Shown here: piece after piece, positions 47,512-61,503 of the stretch
Layout of the letters: each line of letters opens with the position of its first letter
Numbering within the stretch: position 1 is the stretch's first letter
NCBI GenBank assembly: GCA_903813345.2
Contig: CAIIXF020000001.1
Location: 39,618,001-39,682,000, forward strand
Direction: 5' to 3'
DNA: 64,000 bases
DNA from: Owenia fusiformis
Taxonomy: Eukaryota
Position numbers and translations under genes: made by a program
Notes under the pieces: model-generated
The model's database searches: none
What the model was told of the DNA's origin: nothing
Seen by the model: the letters and a program-made list of their open reading frames with translations, nothing else

Positions 47512-50486
47512 AAATCGATCTCAGGAAATCGTATGATCTTTGGCAGGGCAAATCTTCGAAACATTCTTTCCATCAATACGCTTTCAGTGGATGCGCGTTT
47601 ATTCATTAACTAGTTGAATCACTGAAGATCACAATATGTTGACAAAGAATATAGAATTACAAGAAGACAATTTATCGTACATGAATATACAAACTAGGTC
47701 GAATGAATGACAAAGTAATCATATCAATCATTTGGACAGTCCTACCTCAGGTACCAGTTCTTGGTACGGTATCATTATCATTATATTTTAGGTATCATTG
47801 TATTTGTTAATAAGAGAAATAAAATAGATACTATGAATTTTAGATATTATCATCGTTAGATACACCGCCATCATATACAAATGCATTTAACAAAGTTTGT
47901 GTCTCCAGAATATTAACTTATCAATTTTAATTTCAATTCAACAATTATTTTAAATCAAAGATAAGAAATCGTGATAGAGGTTTGAAGCTAACGAACATAT
48001 GTAGTACTCACATTTCGCTATACTTCATACGCGTTATAGTGTCCTCACTCGTAGAAGAACGAAATTATGTCGCTCTCAACGAATCCATTTTTGCGATACT
48101 CCGGCATCATCCTTTTGTCAAACGTTGATTCCCTATTTCTGGTTCCAAAAGATCTCGTGAATAGCAGCATAATATTTGTAAATTGAACAACATTATGCGA
48201 ATATTCCCGAAACGATAATCTGGTTTTCATAACTATATTGTTTGCAAGTTCTTTCTACTGCAGTTCTATCTCTTTCTCACCGTTGATTGTGGCCGAATGT
48301 GGTTTTGATCAGATGTTGTCCTTTTGTATACCCAAGGAATACCCCCAAAGTTATTTGAATACTATTTAGTGACATCAATTCAACGAAATAATCTCCAAAC
48401 AAATACAATTGAACACAACACTTTGGCAAATTGGCCTCACTCTCGGTACGCATCGTATCTAGGCATATTTACTTATCCCTTAGTCGTGTAATTATGATTT
48501 CAAGTATTTGTACATATCGTGCGATGGTGTCGATGTGACAGTAGAATCTTTAATGTAAACCTCCAAATTGAATCCATACACATATTTGAACTATTTGTCA
48601 TTGAATAATCGTTGTTTTACGTTTCCTATGGGTAATATTAAATATTAAGTTAATCACAATTTGTATACAATTTGCTCTATACCTCCATATACCACTGTCA
48701 GTTTTGGTAATTATATTACATATGATAACACAATCCTAATTCGTGTATGATCGTCCACCCAAACCAAGCATACAATAAATTGCTGTCTGTTTAGTTCTAT
48801 TTCGTTTTCATATAGCAGAACTCATTCTTCCCAATTTCTAGCATATCACATAATATCGTATCCAAGCAGATTCAGATGGTCTCAAAGGTCAAGATTACTA
48901 TTTGCTCTTTCATAAATCGAGCATATGCCGCCATTATTGTTACATGAGAGCTAGATATGGAGCTTCGCTGTATTGTACCATATGTCTAAAAATGAAACGT
49001 TATTAAGATAGGATACATTGTATTTATAAAATGCACAATTTGATCCTACTTGTTTGAAAGTCTAAAGGGCCACCCAAAGGTTGAACAAGGCAATGGTACA
49101 TGACAAAATGTCACCACTTTGTAAGTTGTTGAAAATTGTTACAGATGTCAAATGCCAACCGCCGAACGCAGTAACAAAAATTAAAGATAATCTTAGTCTA
49201 TTATCACGCTGGTATGCACTTACTTTGGACCATATTAACTTATTTTGATATTTATATTACTCCTTCAATTCCATTGTTGCATCAGTCGAGATTGATTTTT
49301 TTTATTTGGTGCTCCAATGTTAGAATATCATATCCGTTGGTTGAGGCCTGGTGACAAATAAAAGTATCTAATACAAGAACCTGTATTTGCACAGTCAGTC
49401 TAATATATTTTACAAATTAGATTAAATACGGTGTACGTAACATTGTCAGGAAGTAAAGGATAAATTGATGATATTATATAACAATTTCTATCATATATTA
49501 TCTACTAGAGGGGTCAGTAGGAAGGAGTATCAAACCTGTAAATTGTTGATTTCGAAAATGAAATAGTTATATAGATGTCACATGTGGGATCTTGACAATG
49601 ACGTTATGTGTTACATACAATACCTGTCACTGAATCTTGTCATGCACATGCACGGCTCAATCCCATGTACGATTGTGTTATGATAACTGGTGCACTGGAA
49701 ATTATGGTCCGGGACCATATTTTCAAGAATAACAAGCAAGGCCTATGGACTATATTTCTTTAGGTTTCTTTAGTCCGATTACTAGAAATGACTGTCCGGG
49801 GTGAACTATAATAACCAATGTGTGGTATCGTTAACAGCGATTCCGGACAATATATTCAGTATGCGCAGTATTTATACATCCTTCTTCAAAGGACTTCATT
49901 TATGCTAAATACTAAATATATGTAAAATACCCTTGCAACAAGGATGTATCTATACTTTAGCGCACTCTTCAAACAATGAAAACAATTATTGTCTTTATTG
50001 TAAAAAAGATGGCGTCTTGACGATGTATGTAGTTTTATCCCAAGAGGAGAACAGGCCCCAGAGCTGGGGAGATGACATACTAATTACGTCTCTTGCTCAC
50101 CACCTTGTTTTCACCGGCTAGTTTAGGAATACAACACGTCGTTGTGATGTTCTAATCTACATGTTCGCATATTTCTTACATCTTACTTAATATTGATGCG
50201 AAATAACAAACTATGATATTAATTAACACGCCAGAAATACTTTTCGAAGTTATATGGGGTTATCCCCCTCTTGTTTCATCAACACTAACAAATTAGATTG
50301 AAATTGAATTAATCAAGTGATAAAATAACACGATATGACCGTACCAATCTTTGAAATAAACGCATACGTACAGATATTTAACTTCAAAACCTTGAACACA
50401 AGACTCAATTCATTTTGTATTCCAATTTAAAATACTTGTCGTGTATGCATCTACTTAAACCCTTCATCCCTTAAACACTCACACTC

Positions 50487-51021
50487 CACTGGTGATCCGC
50501 TCGATTACGCTGGTTACCGAAACGGTTCGTTTTGGTAACAAAATGTCGGAACGTCGAAGGTACGATTTTTATTTTTTCCTTATTTCACGCGTTGTAGGCA
50601 TAATCCCCACAACGTTTTTCTCACAAACATATATCAGTATCATATGTTTTAGAAAATGTACATGTTTGCGAAAAAAATAGCTCAGAAGACAACAGAATCG
50701 TCGATTTAATTCCTCACTTAAGTTACATAAACGGTTTGGGTTAAAAGTGCAGATCTTAACTGTTTTTCGAAAAACCGTTTATGTAACTTAAGTGAGAAAT
50801 TAAATCGACGATTCTGTTGTCTTCTGAACTATTTGTTCACAAATATGTACATTTTCTTAAACATATGATACTGATACACGTTTGTTTTAAAAATGTCATG
50901 GAAATTCTGCCTACAACGTGTGAAATAAGGAAAAAAGAAAAATCGTACCTTCGATGTTCCGACATTTTGTTACCAAAACGAACCGTTTTGGTAACCAGCG
51001 TAATCGAGCGGATCACCAGTG
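50487..51021. mobile_element. Fully palindromic 535-bp MITE, CACTG termini, 6-bp TSD ACACTC
   Basis: CACTGGTGATCCGCTCGATTACGCTGGTTACC ... GGTAACCAGCGTAATCGAGCGGATCACCAGTG; arms of ~250 bp; ACACTC at 50481-50486 and 51022-51027. Confidence 0.9.
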
Positions 51022-52299
51022 ACACTCATTCTCGATATTTTGGCGGTAATGCATGATTTGTTGGGATCAATATGTTGAACTAGATTTCCAGAACATTAAA
51101 TAATAGATAGTCAGTTAAGCAACCCATTGTTTTCTCTGTTTATCTGAAAGCATGTAATGTAAGGTTGTACAGTATACTTTCGAGCCTGGTGATATATATT
51201 CATCATTTACATAACCTTCAATTTTCTAAAACACATATAATCCATTTGAGTTGGAAAATACGAATGGGAGTGTATCTAAAATTACGAAAGAAATGAGGTT
51301 AACATTATCGTCGTTACCAGGAAAAATGTGTCTTTTAGATCCTGCATCCTGCACTTCACTTCATCCCATGCCGAGATGTACGAATACCCATATACTGTTT
51401 TGTCTATTTAACAATCGCAAAAACGATTTTCTTTAACCTCTATTATAGTTTGTAAATGACTGACTGTGTATAGGAAATTATTTTGCCCGGTATTTTACCT
51501 GATCTTATTTCATCCCCTGTAATTGCTTCATTATCCAGTAGACTACAATCTTATCATTATCTGCGTAATCTCATCAGAGGAATTATATATTGGATTGAGA
51601 TGGTTGGTTATTGTTTGTAAACATGAAGTTTATTGGAAAACGAAAGATTTGTTCGTTTAATTTAAGAGAATTATAACTGGTTCAGTGACCCATGTGTGAG
51701 ATTACAATACATTTCCCAGAGTGCTGTTTTCAAAAGCATTTAAATACCTAGAATGTTGGTTAACGTATATGTCAAGTTCAAGTGTTCGGACATATACAAG
51801 GGCCGATCCAGAAGTCTTGATAAAAATGGTCCAACTTAAAAGTTTATTATTCATTTTGCACAATATTTTTAGAGGATCTGGGTCATTCATTTCCTCATAA
51901 GTTACAAAAAATTTGAAAGATGTTGATTACAAATATTTCTGAAGTTATGGTTGATTTGGTAACCTCAATAACGCTATAGCGGGACAAGGTAATATTTATA
52001 GTTCAAAATCCCATTACAAGGTTGCTTATTTCTACAATGACTGTTATAATAGTAACTGCTGTTCATGCCCTATTCTCATAACTGTGAAATCATTGTATAT
52101 CTTGTATTATACAGAAAACACGAACGCCTCGTGATCCATAAGACAAGAAATGAAACAATAAGCTTTCAGTTCACCTACGTAAAGCAATGCGTAAAAAGTG
52201 ACCGAACAGAGCCATAGATTCAAAAATGTCTGCTAGGACAACACATCATGTAACAAATCTGGCATGGTCTACAATATTATCAGTAACAAGTTAAATATG

Positions 52300-52550
52300 G
52301 AATTCGAAGTTTTAGGACAGAAGGTATTAGGACATTCTCCATATTCCCCAGATAATGCTCCCCTCTGTTGTGTGTTTGGACTTTGGACCAGCCCTAATTA
52401 AAGAGGGGTCCGAGTGTATCATATTTAAGAACATTTGCTGAAATCAAGACACCTGAGTAGAACTGCAAAATGTGCACAAATAGTGGGTGGATAGATACCA
52501 AAATGTATTAATGCAATGTTTTAATGCAGAAGGACATTATTTTGAGTATT
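52300..52550 (+). pseudogene. Mariner transposase C-terminal relic
   Basis: PYSPDNAP-like (ccatattccccagataatgctccc) and terminal NAEGHYFE (aatgcagaaggacattattttgag). Confidence 0.45.
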
Positions 52551-54129
52551 TTCATTGAACTTCATCTTAAATAGGATTTCACAGTTGGATTTAGTTTGTC
52601 AGATTTTCAATGTTATGACGTCAATATGAGCTCAAGTTCTGGACCAAGTACCTCTACCATGGGGTAGTGAGTGTGATTATAGAATTTTCTGTCGATTAAT
52701 CATTCTGAAAAGTCCCTGCTGTGTAGGCATATAAAATATGTAAATTGTGTAACAATTTCAGGTGATTTCCTTTACTTAAAGTGCCCGATAAAGTATAAAA
52801 TGCGCATGCGTCCAGGTGTTGATAAACTATAAATAGCGAAAATCCAGGGTTTGTCACCACAAGGTAAGCCAGGACGTGTTGAGAGAACAGCTAGTGTTGA
52901 TATTGAATTTATATGTAGCCAGATAAGTTTCCTTATTGAAATTACATATGGTTATTAGCAATACTTTGTAGGTGCTAAATAATAAAATATTTAGAGTATA
53001 TATGAGAGAAATTGGTCATTTCGAACCTGTTGAAAAGTTTGTGGCTCTCGGCTACACCGGGGAATTTACTTCCATGAGTACACACATAAATGTGGGGTTC
53101 CCCAAGAGGTACGCGACAAGGTGACCTGGCATCAAATGTGCGACTATCACTATCGAGAAGATAAAATAACGAATACGACAATAAGTTATTGCATGTGACA
53201 ATTCCGAGCCTTCATCTCACTGAAGTATTTTGAAGTGAAAATAGGATTTTTGTTTTGATACATGGATTCAGATGAACGTAACTTTATTCTGACAACTAAT
53301 CAAAACTGAACAAAATTGTTTGTACGTAACAGACAATTTATTGTTTTACAATGTTTTGATTGGCTAAACGAATGAAACCAACAAATTATGACATGTAAAA
53401 TGACAATTTTGAAATGCAAAATTTAAAAGTGACAAACACAACCTCCCTATCCACTCTTTGGGAGCCCTAGTAAATTAGTAATATGTACATGCAGCAGTGG
53501 TAGTGTGCAGCTTATTATCACACTACGCTTTGTATTCTAAAGCCTGTTGTTTGTAATAACACTGTTCACTCAACGTATGTTTTGTGTGTGGGCAGTCAAC
53601 GATAATCATTGTTTTATCCCGGTTATATGACCTCGGCAATTATAACAAAACCGTACTAAACGAAAAAACGCAAATAAGAGAAAGCTTTCACACACATATA
53701 AAAAATGAACTAGTCTAATCCGCCAGTATAAACTCTGTGCTATACGTAGCCGGGTCAGGCGCACACTTTAAGAAAAAGATACAGCATTTTTATCAGAACT
53801 TTTTGATCGGCCTTTGTTATGAACAGCCTATGTGTGAGTCAAGTTCATATTAATTCTGAGATAGTGTGATTTGAAGTATCGGACTATGTGTATGAGTCAT
53901 ATTTAAACATTCGAAGATAGTGATATAAGGTATTGGAATATATGTGATAGTCTTGCCTCAAGACTGTGTATCCCCTCGCACTTCTTCACTTTGAAGGTGA
54001 AGTACTTAAATAGTATAGTCCACGGGAATACACAGTCCTGGGGCAATACTATATGTGTGAGTTAAGTTAAAATATTTGAAGATAGTAATATCAAATATTG
54101 GACGATGTGTGAGGCTAGTTCAAATAATA

Positions 54130-54442
54130 TAAGTTATTGAATGATTTGAAGTGCATTACATGATATATTCTGCTCGAGAAATTCCGTATTTGAACGAGAC
54201 GAAATCGAGTGCCAATACAGAATATCGAGACAGAATATATCCTGCATTGCACTTCAAATCATTCAATAACGTTTTTATCGTCTGATCCTCGGTATTGCTT
54301 CTGAGATTGTCCCTTCCGTACCAATATTTTCTGTATTGCGACGGAGATGATCAACGGGGACAATCTCAGTAGCAATACAGCTAGATTGGTACAGCACAAG
54401 AACTGACCAATCAGAAGGCTTCATTTTACAGTTCATACGATA
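54130..54442. repeat. Dispersed hairpin-bearing repeat, copy 2
   Basis: Internal palindrome gttattgaatgatttgaagtgca ... tgcacttcaaatcattcaataac centred on cgagacgaaatcgag; reverse-complement match to 37970-38232. Confidence 0.8.
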
Positions 54443-54963
54443 TTCGAAGATACAATTATATCTTCAAGTGTTTGCCCATGTTTGAGATCTTAGGGCCTTT
54501 TGTGTTTAAAATAATGTAACATTTTCTATAGGCAAAGAAACAGCAGTTCTGTCAATGGCTCCCAGTTGTCCAATAAGCAAGGTGTAAGCACCTAGAGCCT
54601 TTACCTTCCCACATTATTTGGAGTGCGTCCTCGCTCATATCCTGGCTGTGTCGTTTCCTGATGATAATTTGCGGTGAAAGTCACGTCGTCTTCTTCTGTC
54701 GCTATATGGCTTGAGGTTTATGGATCCTGGACCAATTATATAAGTTTATTGTCATTAGAGAGCTTTCAGAAAGTCATTTCAGAATCGTATACTGTCTTTT
54801 CACATTGAGTGCTATTTTCTTTTTTCAAGAAAATGTTCCTCTCCGGCTGCTATACATAAATTAAATTGATATATTTTGTACCGAATTGTGAAGTTTAAAA
54901 CATGTCTTAAAATAAAATGGTCAAAGTTTGGCAGTAGAGGTTGTGTAAAGGAAATATCCTATA

Positions 54964-55915
54964 CAGGGTGTCTACAAAAAAGTATACCCAACTTCAAAGC
55001 CAGGGTACTAGAATTCTGAGCAATTTTATAAAAATACGAAGGTAGCAGTAAAAGGCCTCCAATGATCATTATGTAAGTAATGTGAGTAATCATGACTTTG
55101 ATGAAAGGTGTTAAAATCAGTACTGTGCCAAGTTAGCATTCAAGTAGGAATGACACAGTGGATGTTTTTTTTGTGTTCAAAACATTATTAATGTTCAAAT
55201 TCAAACTTATTTCATGTTCTTCATACTTTTGTATAATTTTGTATGTTTTGTATAACTTTTAGTTGGTACCTTCCTCTCGAGAAATGGGATCCGAAGAGCC
55301 TCTTGATCAGCAATGAAACTTCTACTTGATGATATGCAGCTTTGAAGTCAATTGTATCCCAAAGTAAAGTCAAAAACTCTTGCTGAAATCCTCATTTTTT
55401 CAGAAGAACTCGAGTTTATTAAGTCTAAACAAGTAGATTCATGTGGGACAGTATTGTTAGAATCAATTTCGATAGTAAGAATAGGGGTTCTATACACAGT
55501 TCATGAGACTTGCTTTCTAGAACTTTTTGTTTGCTCTACTGCTCAGGTGTCAGTTGAACCATTTTTGCAGGTCTATTTTAGAGTAAGTTAAGCTTTTTGC
55601 ATTTGTTTCATAAGAGAGTTACTCTGTCCCAAGTCCAGTTCAGTATGGAAGGCCTGTCCTCTAACTTAATGTAACAGAAAAAAAGAATACTAAGCCAATT
55701 ACACATTAATTGCCACACAGGCGTGGTGCTAATTTTACTACCTCTCATAATGGTCAAGATTGCTCAGTCATACATGACAGTTACATAATGATCTTGGTAC
55801 CATTTGATGGAAAATAAATCACGCTTTTTACTACTACCTTTGTATTTTATCAAAACTGCTCAGGAGTCTAGTAATTTGGATTTGAAGTTGGGTACACTTT
55901 TTTGTGGACGCCCTG
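54964..55915. mobile_element. Tc1/mariner non-autonomous element
   Basis: ta|CAGGGTGTCTACAAAAAAGTATACCCAACTTCAAA ... TTTGAAGTTGGGTACACTTTTTTGTGGACGCCCTG|ta; imperfect TIRs extend ~90-100 bp. Confidence 0.85.
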
Positions 55916-58900
55916 TATAAATAGTGAAATTGTATACGTTATCTCACAGTACGTGTCATTCAAAGAGTTGAATCGTCTTTAAAAATTGAAGTCAATCTTT
56001 TGATATCTTATACCTATTCACGGGGTCATTAACAGAAACTTGCGAAAAGTTTAGAATTGCTAGTTAATTCCTTTTTATGATGCAGTTATATTCGTGGTTT
56101 CAATTTCTCTTAAAGACCCCTATAGAGCTGAGACTATTGAGACTTGTATTATAGTTTTACCTCATGATTAAGATATGACATATGACATAAGACATGTGTG
56201 ATGAACAACTTTTTGTTCGAAAATGTTGCATTTGTCACACATCCAATTCGAATTCATGAAAATTAATTTTGGGGCCACACATACAATTTTCTGAAATTGG
56301 GATTTCTGTTTTAGGCATCATTTGAGTCAATTCTGGATTACTTTCACATATATTACCATTAATATGTCATGTCTACCCATTTAAAAAAATAGTATTGCCA
56401 AAGATGAATTGGGTCGCTTATTAGGTAAATTTTAAAAAAGAATTCACATGTTTGAGTGATTTTTGTCAGAGCATGTCTAGATCTCCGCAGAAAATTAATG
56501 CAGATATCTCAAATTTTGTTGATGCTATGCAAGCAGTGTAATCTTTCTTCCATTGCACACTCTATGCATATAAAAACTCATGAAGATTCTTTCATTATTA
56601 AGAATGTTATTCCAAAATTAGTGAGTGACATTTGTTTGTGCCACCCTGTATATTGCAAACGTCAACATGTTCAATTGTGGACATTTGTTTTCAATGCCCA
56701 TCAATATTGACGATGTGCCCAAAGATGCAGAGCCAAGATGCAGAGCCAATCTACAAGTGTGAAATTCGAATACTCTCATTTAATGGGTTGTTTCAGCCTG
56801 TCTTTTATGTTTGAATCTTAATTTGGTTCTTCAGTTATGATCCATGAAATGCATCTTTTTATGTTATGTATGATATATTGTTGTATGGTTTGTTTGCTTA
56901 AATAAATTGAATTGAATTATAAATAAAAATGAATGCCAAAATATGATGGAGGGGAGTATACATCTGCCATGTAATTACTTTTCTCAGTTAAAGACATTTC
57001 TTGTTCATTTCACAAATCGCTCTATACGGTAGTATCTGGAGCCGTTTTGGGAGAGGCGTACTCTGCACAGTTCCGTCGTAATTAGGCGATCTCAATACGA
57101 TAGCACTGCACAGGAGTAGATGTAAGGTCCATCTAAATCATAGAGTAATATTTATAGTATCAATAAAGCGAAATATTACTTCAACGTTTCAAAATTCATT
57201 TACGGGATATGCAGTGTACATTGAATTACTGTAAGATCATATTTTAAGTGAAAGGCACTTTTACAATGAGTAAAATTTATAGTATGAGTTCGTCAATCAA
57301 ATTTACTTGTGACATGTTATTGGTGGTTTAAATTAGAAACAAATGGAGCTTGAGCTGATTTAAGGATATATACTGACACTCATTAGCCACACTCGACTTC
57401 ATCGTTTAATGGAGAGAAATCTCTAAGGATCTGAAATGAGAGCGAGAGTTGTCAAAACTTCATTTTCCATCGATGTCCCTACTCTTAATGTTTTCGGAAT
57501 TCAATTAACCCTCTATCTAGCCTACTGCACCGCTAGTAGTAAATATAAGTTAGTGCAATGCCGACAATAAAATCTTAGAAACATTAATAGTCATCTCAAG
57601 GGATTCAGTCCTAGCTATAGTCCCGGCAGAAAGAGCTCTATTTATAAAACAATTTCAAATTGATGTATGTGTATTTAGATATAATTCTACTTTCTCAAAA
57701 TTCGTGACAAGCAAAACAATACACTTAAACCCAAACGTAAATTATTGATATCTTTAAATTTCGAATAGATATTTATGAACTGGTAAATTTCAAGTGTTTG
57801 TCTCTGACATGAACACTGTAATTGCTAGTTTACAATTCAATCACTTTTGCAAGCAATTTATGGATAGATTAAAAGCGAATAAGTGAGGACTGTTCGTCAA
57901 CATTCGCATTAGCATTCAAAGATACATAATAAAACAGCAGCATTTCCTATGAGGCGCTGCAGTTCCTATTGAAACTTGTCACATTTTGGTTATGTGTGAT
58001 TGATTCAGTGAAAGTCAAAGGAAAAAGATAGTTGGCGCATTTGCATGATAACGCCATTGCCTCTATTAACATTTTCCGTATGAACTAACACCCATTGTTC
58101 TAATCGAGATGAAGAAGTCATGGCATAAATCAATGGTTCAAAAGCTAAGTTCCGAACGAAGAAACAAATAAAATCTGCTCTTTAAGTCAATCAATATTGC
58201 TTACTTTTACATGAATATCTGAATACGTTTCAAATATTAATTTAGACGTGTTAGCCTCGCCTAAATTTGACTAAAACTACACAAAAACAACACGTTGGTC
58301 TTAATTTTAAGCCCGATTTTATGGGGCTATTCGGGAACCTAGCTTGTGCCCATGACATGGACCATGGAGGAATAGAGCACGAGTAAAGAAACAAATGTGT
58401 TTATTAGAGGTGCCGTGTCAAGTTTAACCAGTCATATTATATATAATATTTGAAGAAAACAGATCGAACCTCTTACATTGCAATGGTAAAAAACAATTAA
58501 CTTGTTCAACAGCAGTTTTATGTAGATTTGATTCAATTGTTAATTGAAAAGAACGTTAGAACCCGTTTGTTATAATAATGAACATAAATGTCGTACAAAT
58601 TTTTCTTAAGTATGGCCTGCCAGTCCAAACAATTATGACGAGTTTGAAGTTGAAACTTTTATCACGATACAGAGCGCCAATTTTTGATACGATCGTTGCT
58701 TTGCAAAGGAATTGCTAACAGAATTTCACACTTCTTTCTTTCTGAGCTCAGACAGCTTTTGGAATGTGTTCATGAATGTCTGGCTGGAGAAAAGCTTCGG
58801 CAATCTTCGGCAATCTCCGGCTTTTCTTGAGGTATCTTCGGTTGATTGCCAAAAGTCTAAGGCACTGTCACTTTTATGCTGACTTCTACTGTAGTACGTT

Positions 58901-58917
58901 GACCTTGTGATGTCATA

Positions 58918-59540
58918 CAGGGCGTATAAAAACGCAAAAATCACAAAACTAGTAATGACTACATCGATTTCATTCAATGTACCATAAAGCCACGTCCCTT
59001 CCCTTTGCAATGATATGTCATTCATTCATGTGTGGTCATGGTTGGGTGAGAAATCCTTCTATTTACACAGTCAAGATCGGCTCTGGACCAGGTTTCAGAT
59101 ATTGCAAAAACCAGTGCAAGGGCTAAGTGCAAATGGAAGTTCTCCTGACTTGAATTGTTGTGACTTTTTCTTTTAGGGCTCTCTCGGGAGCATCTGTGCT
59201 CACCATTCCTCCATCAGATATTGCAAAACTTCGATTCCAATTTGGAGGGGTATAGGATGTATTCTTGCAAAATTATTAGTATAAATACTTTACAGTCTAT
59301 GTCACACCTGCCACACCTTCTTCCAATATCCCCTATGCCCCATGCACTGTTTAAAACTTGGGTTTGAGCTACATTTTGACCCACTTTGCGAAGTACTGAT
59401 TATTCGGCCAGCCAGGACTCCCTGTGAATGAATGACATTCCATTGCAAAGAGGAGTAATTTGGCTTTTTGGTACATTGAATGAAAATGATGCAGTCATCA
59501 TTGGTTTTATGTTTTAGTCCAATATTTCATTGAGCCCCGT
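58918..59540 (+). mobile_element. Tc1/mariner relic with ~75-bp subterminal inverted repeats
   Basis: atgactacatcgatttcattcaatgtacca..tcattcattca (58954-59028) is inverted at 59425-59498; internal SSPDLNCCDFF remnant at ~59138. Confidence 0.6.
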
Positions 59541-61503
59541 GCACTGACTTTCGCGATGTTTATACATTGGTCCCAAGCTAATTTTGTCCCACTTTGCAAA
59601 AGGAAGGATTATTCGCCCATCCATGACCCAATATCAACGAATGGTATACTAGTGGAAAGAGGAGACACATGGCTTTATGCTGTTATTACTGGTTTAGTAC
59701 ATGTTCGAGATAACAATCTGTTGCGTTTTTTGATACTTACTGTATAACGAACTCTTGGTCAATCATTGTGAATAGTTATGTACTGTGAATGATGGTGTGA
59801 GAAAGTGTAGGTTTCTACCTATTATAAATACACGCTACCCATATTCTTTTTCCATCCATTTAAATTTTGTGTTTTCGTTTGTAATGTATGAGTTGGTCCT
59901 TTCCCATTTACTACCTGTCCAATGAGGATTTGCTCCCAGAGTGCAACATCGATATTCTGTCCCATGTCGTGATCCAAAATTCGATTTCAAACAGCCGCCA
60001 TTTTGTTCACTTCAACATTTGAATCGTGCATTTTTGTCTTATTTCCAAACGAGAAATTCCAAAACACACACGAAATGATCGAGAAATTGGTTCTAATGTT
60101 TATTTTGAATTAATAGTCGGATATAATTTTAGAAAAATAACGTCATTTCGACGTTTTCATTGTTTGAAAATATCGAGTTTCGATCCTGGGAGTCAATCCT
60201 CCTTGTACCTGTCGTAGCATATTTCAGGATCCTAACTGTAATTTGGTTACATAACAATATAATCTATTAACCTTTGTTTTGGGGCTGTAGTTCATTAATT
60301 TGAAAGAACTAATCAAAATAATTACTTTACTAGCATTAATAAAAAAGTCAATTGGTGAAATAGAATAAGTATTCTAATAACTGTGTGTTTATTATCTATA
60401 ACAGCACAATATTAGCACAAACAATTACTATGCATTAATAATGGAACATTTGCCTTGTGATGCATCAAATTTACATTACACTGTTTCAGGCGACAATTAT
60501 GCACATGGATAGTATCTTGGTTTCATGATACATACATTATCTGAGAATTTTTTAAATAACACTAATTATTTGAGCAAACTAGGGTAGAGAAGGATGCTAT
60601 TTGCCCTCAGGTATGAATATACCATCGGAAAGTGACAATGACGTAAATATATGACGCCGCCAAGTTTAACCTGATAAGAGCCTATGTAGACGAAGCCTTC
60701 TTTGAAAGAAGCAAAATCAAATTATAAAGGCTATGCCATTTTATCATGGTGTTAAATTCAATCAATTGACCACGTACCATTTTGGGAATCAAATGGACAA
60801 ATGCATTATTGCTTATAAAAATGAGTTAAAGAGAACGCAGAAAGTAATGAACTGATTATAGTACTTATCAACGTTGTGTCAACTTAAAGTTACTGATCAG
60901 CTCGAACATTTTAGAACATTTTCACCTTTCAAACGGTGTATCATATCCCGAGGACAAATTACCATCTTGGAAACTGTATTTTGCTCAAGTAACTAAGTCT
61001 CATCATCTTGGTAAATACTTTTTTAAGATAAACCTCTTGAATTAGCCCATAGTATTTGTTGTTGTCCATTGGCATGTGGCTCACGTTACACAATAGTATA
61101 AAATACAACCTCAATACTTTACTGAAGCATTTAATTACGAGTATTTTCTGGTACTGCTTTCACCTACGTCATATTTGCAAGTGTTTATTAAAAATCTTGA
61201 TATTTATTACATCATACAATGACTAGAGTATTACACAATATAATTATAATGTTACTATTACTTGAATAATGGGTTATCGTGCAATAGTTAGAGCTGAATA
61301 CAAATATAAGCGTGCATTGCAACATTTCCCCCTTCGTGAATATTGTTCAGCACAGATTATATTGGGAGAGACATGTTTGATCGTGATATGATTAGTTTGT
61401 CAGTTTATGGGCTCAACAGACTTGTTCATATAATTTATCTGTTTCAAACATAAAAAATGTACATGTCAATGTCATGCATTCCAAATGGCAGTTGTATATC
61501 GAT

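Noticed and set aside
50492..51056. Mirror-image ORFs (50492-50680, 50837-51025, 50817-51056)
   Set aside because: Artefacts of the palindromic MITE.
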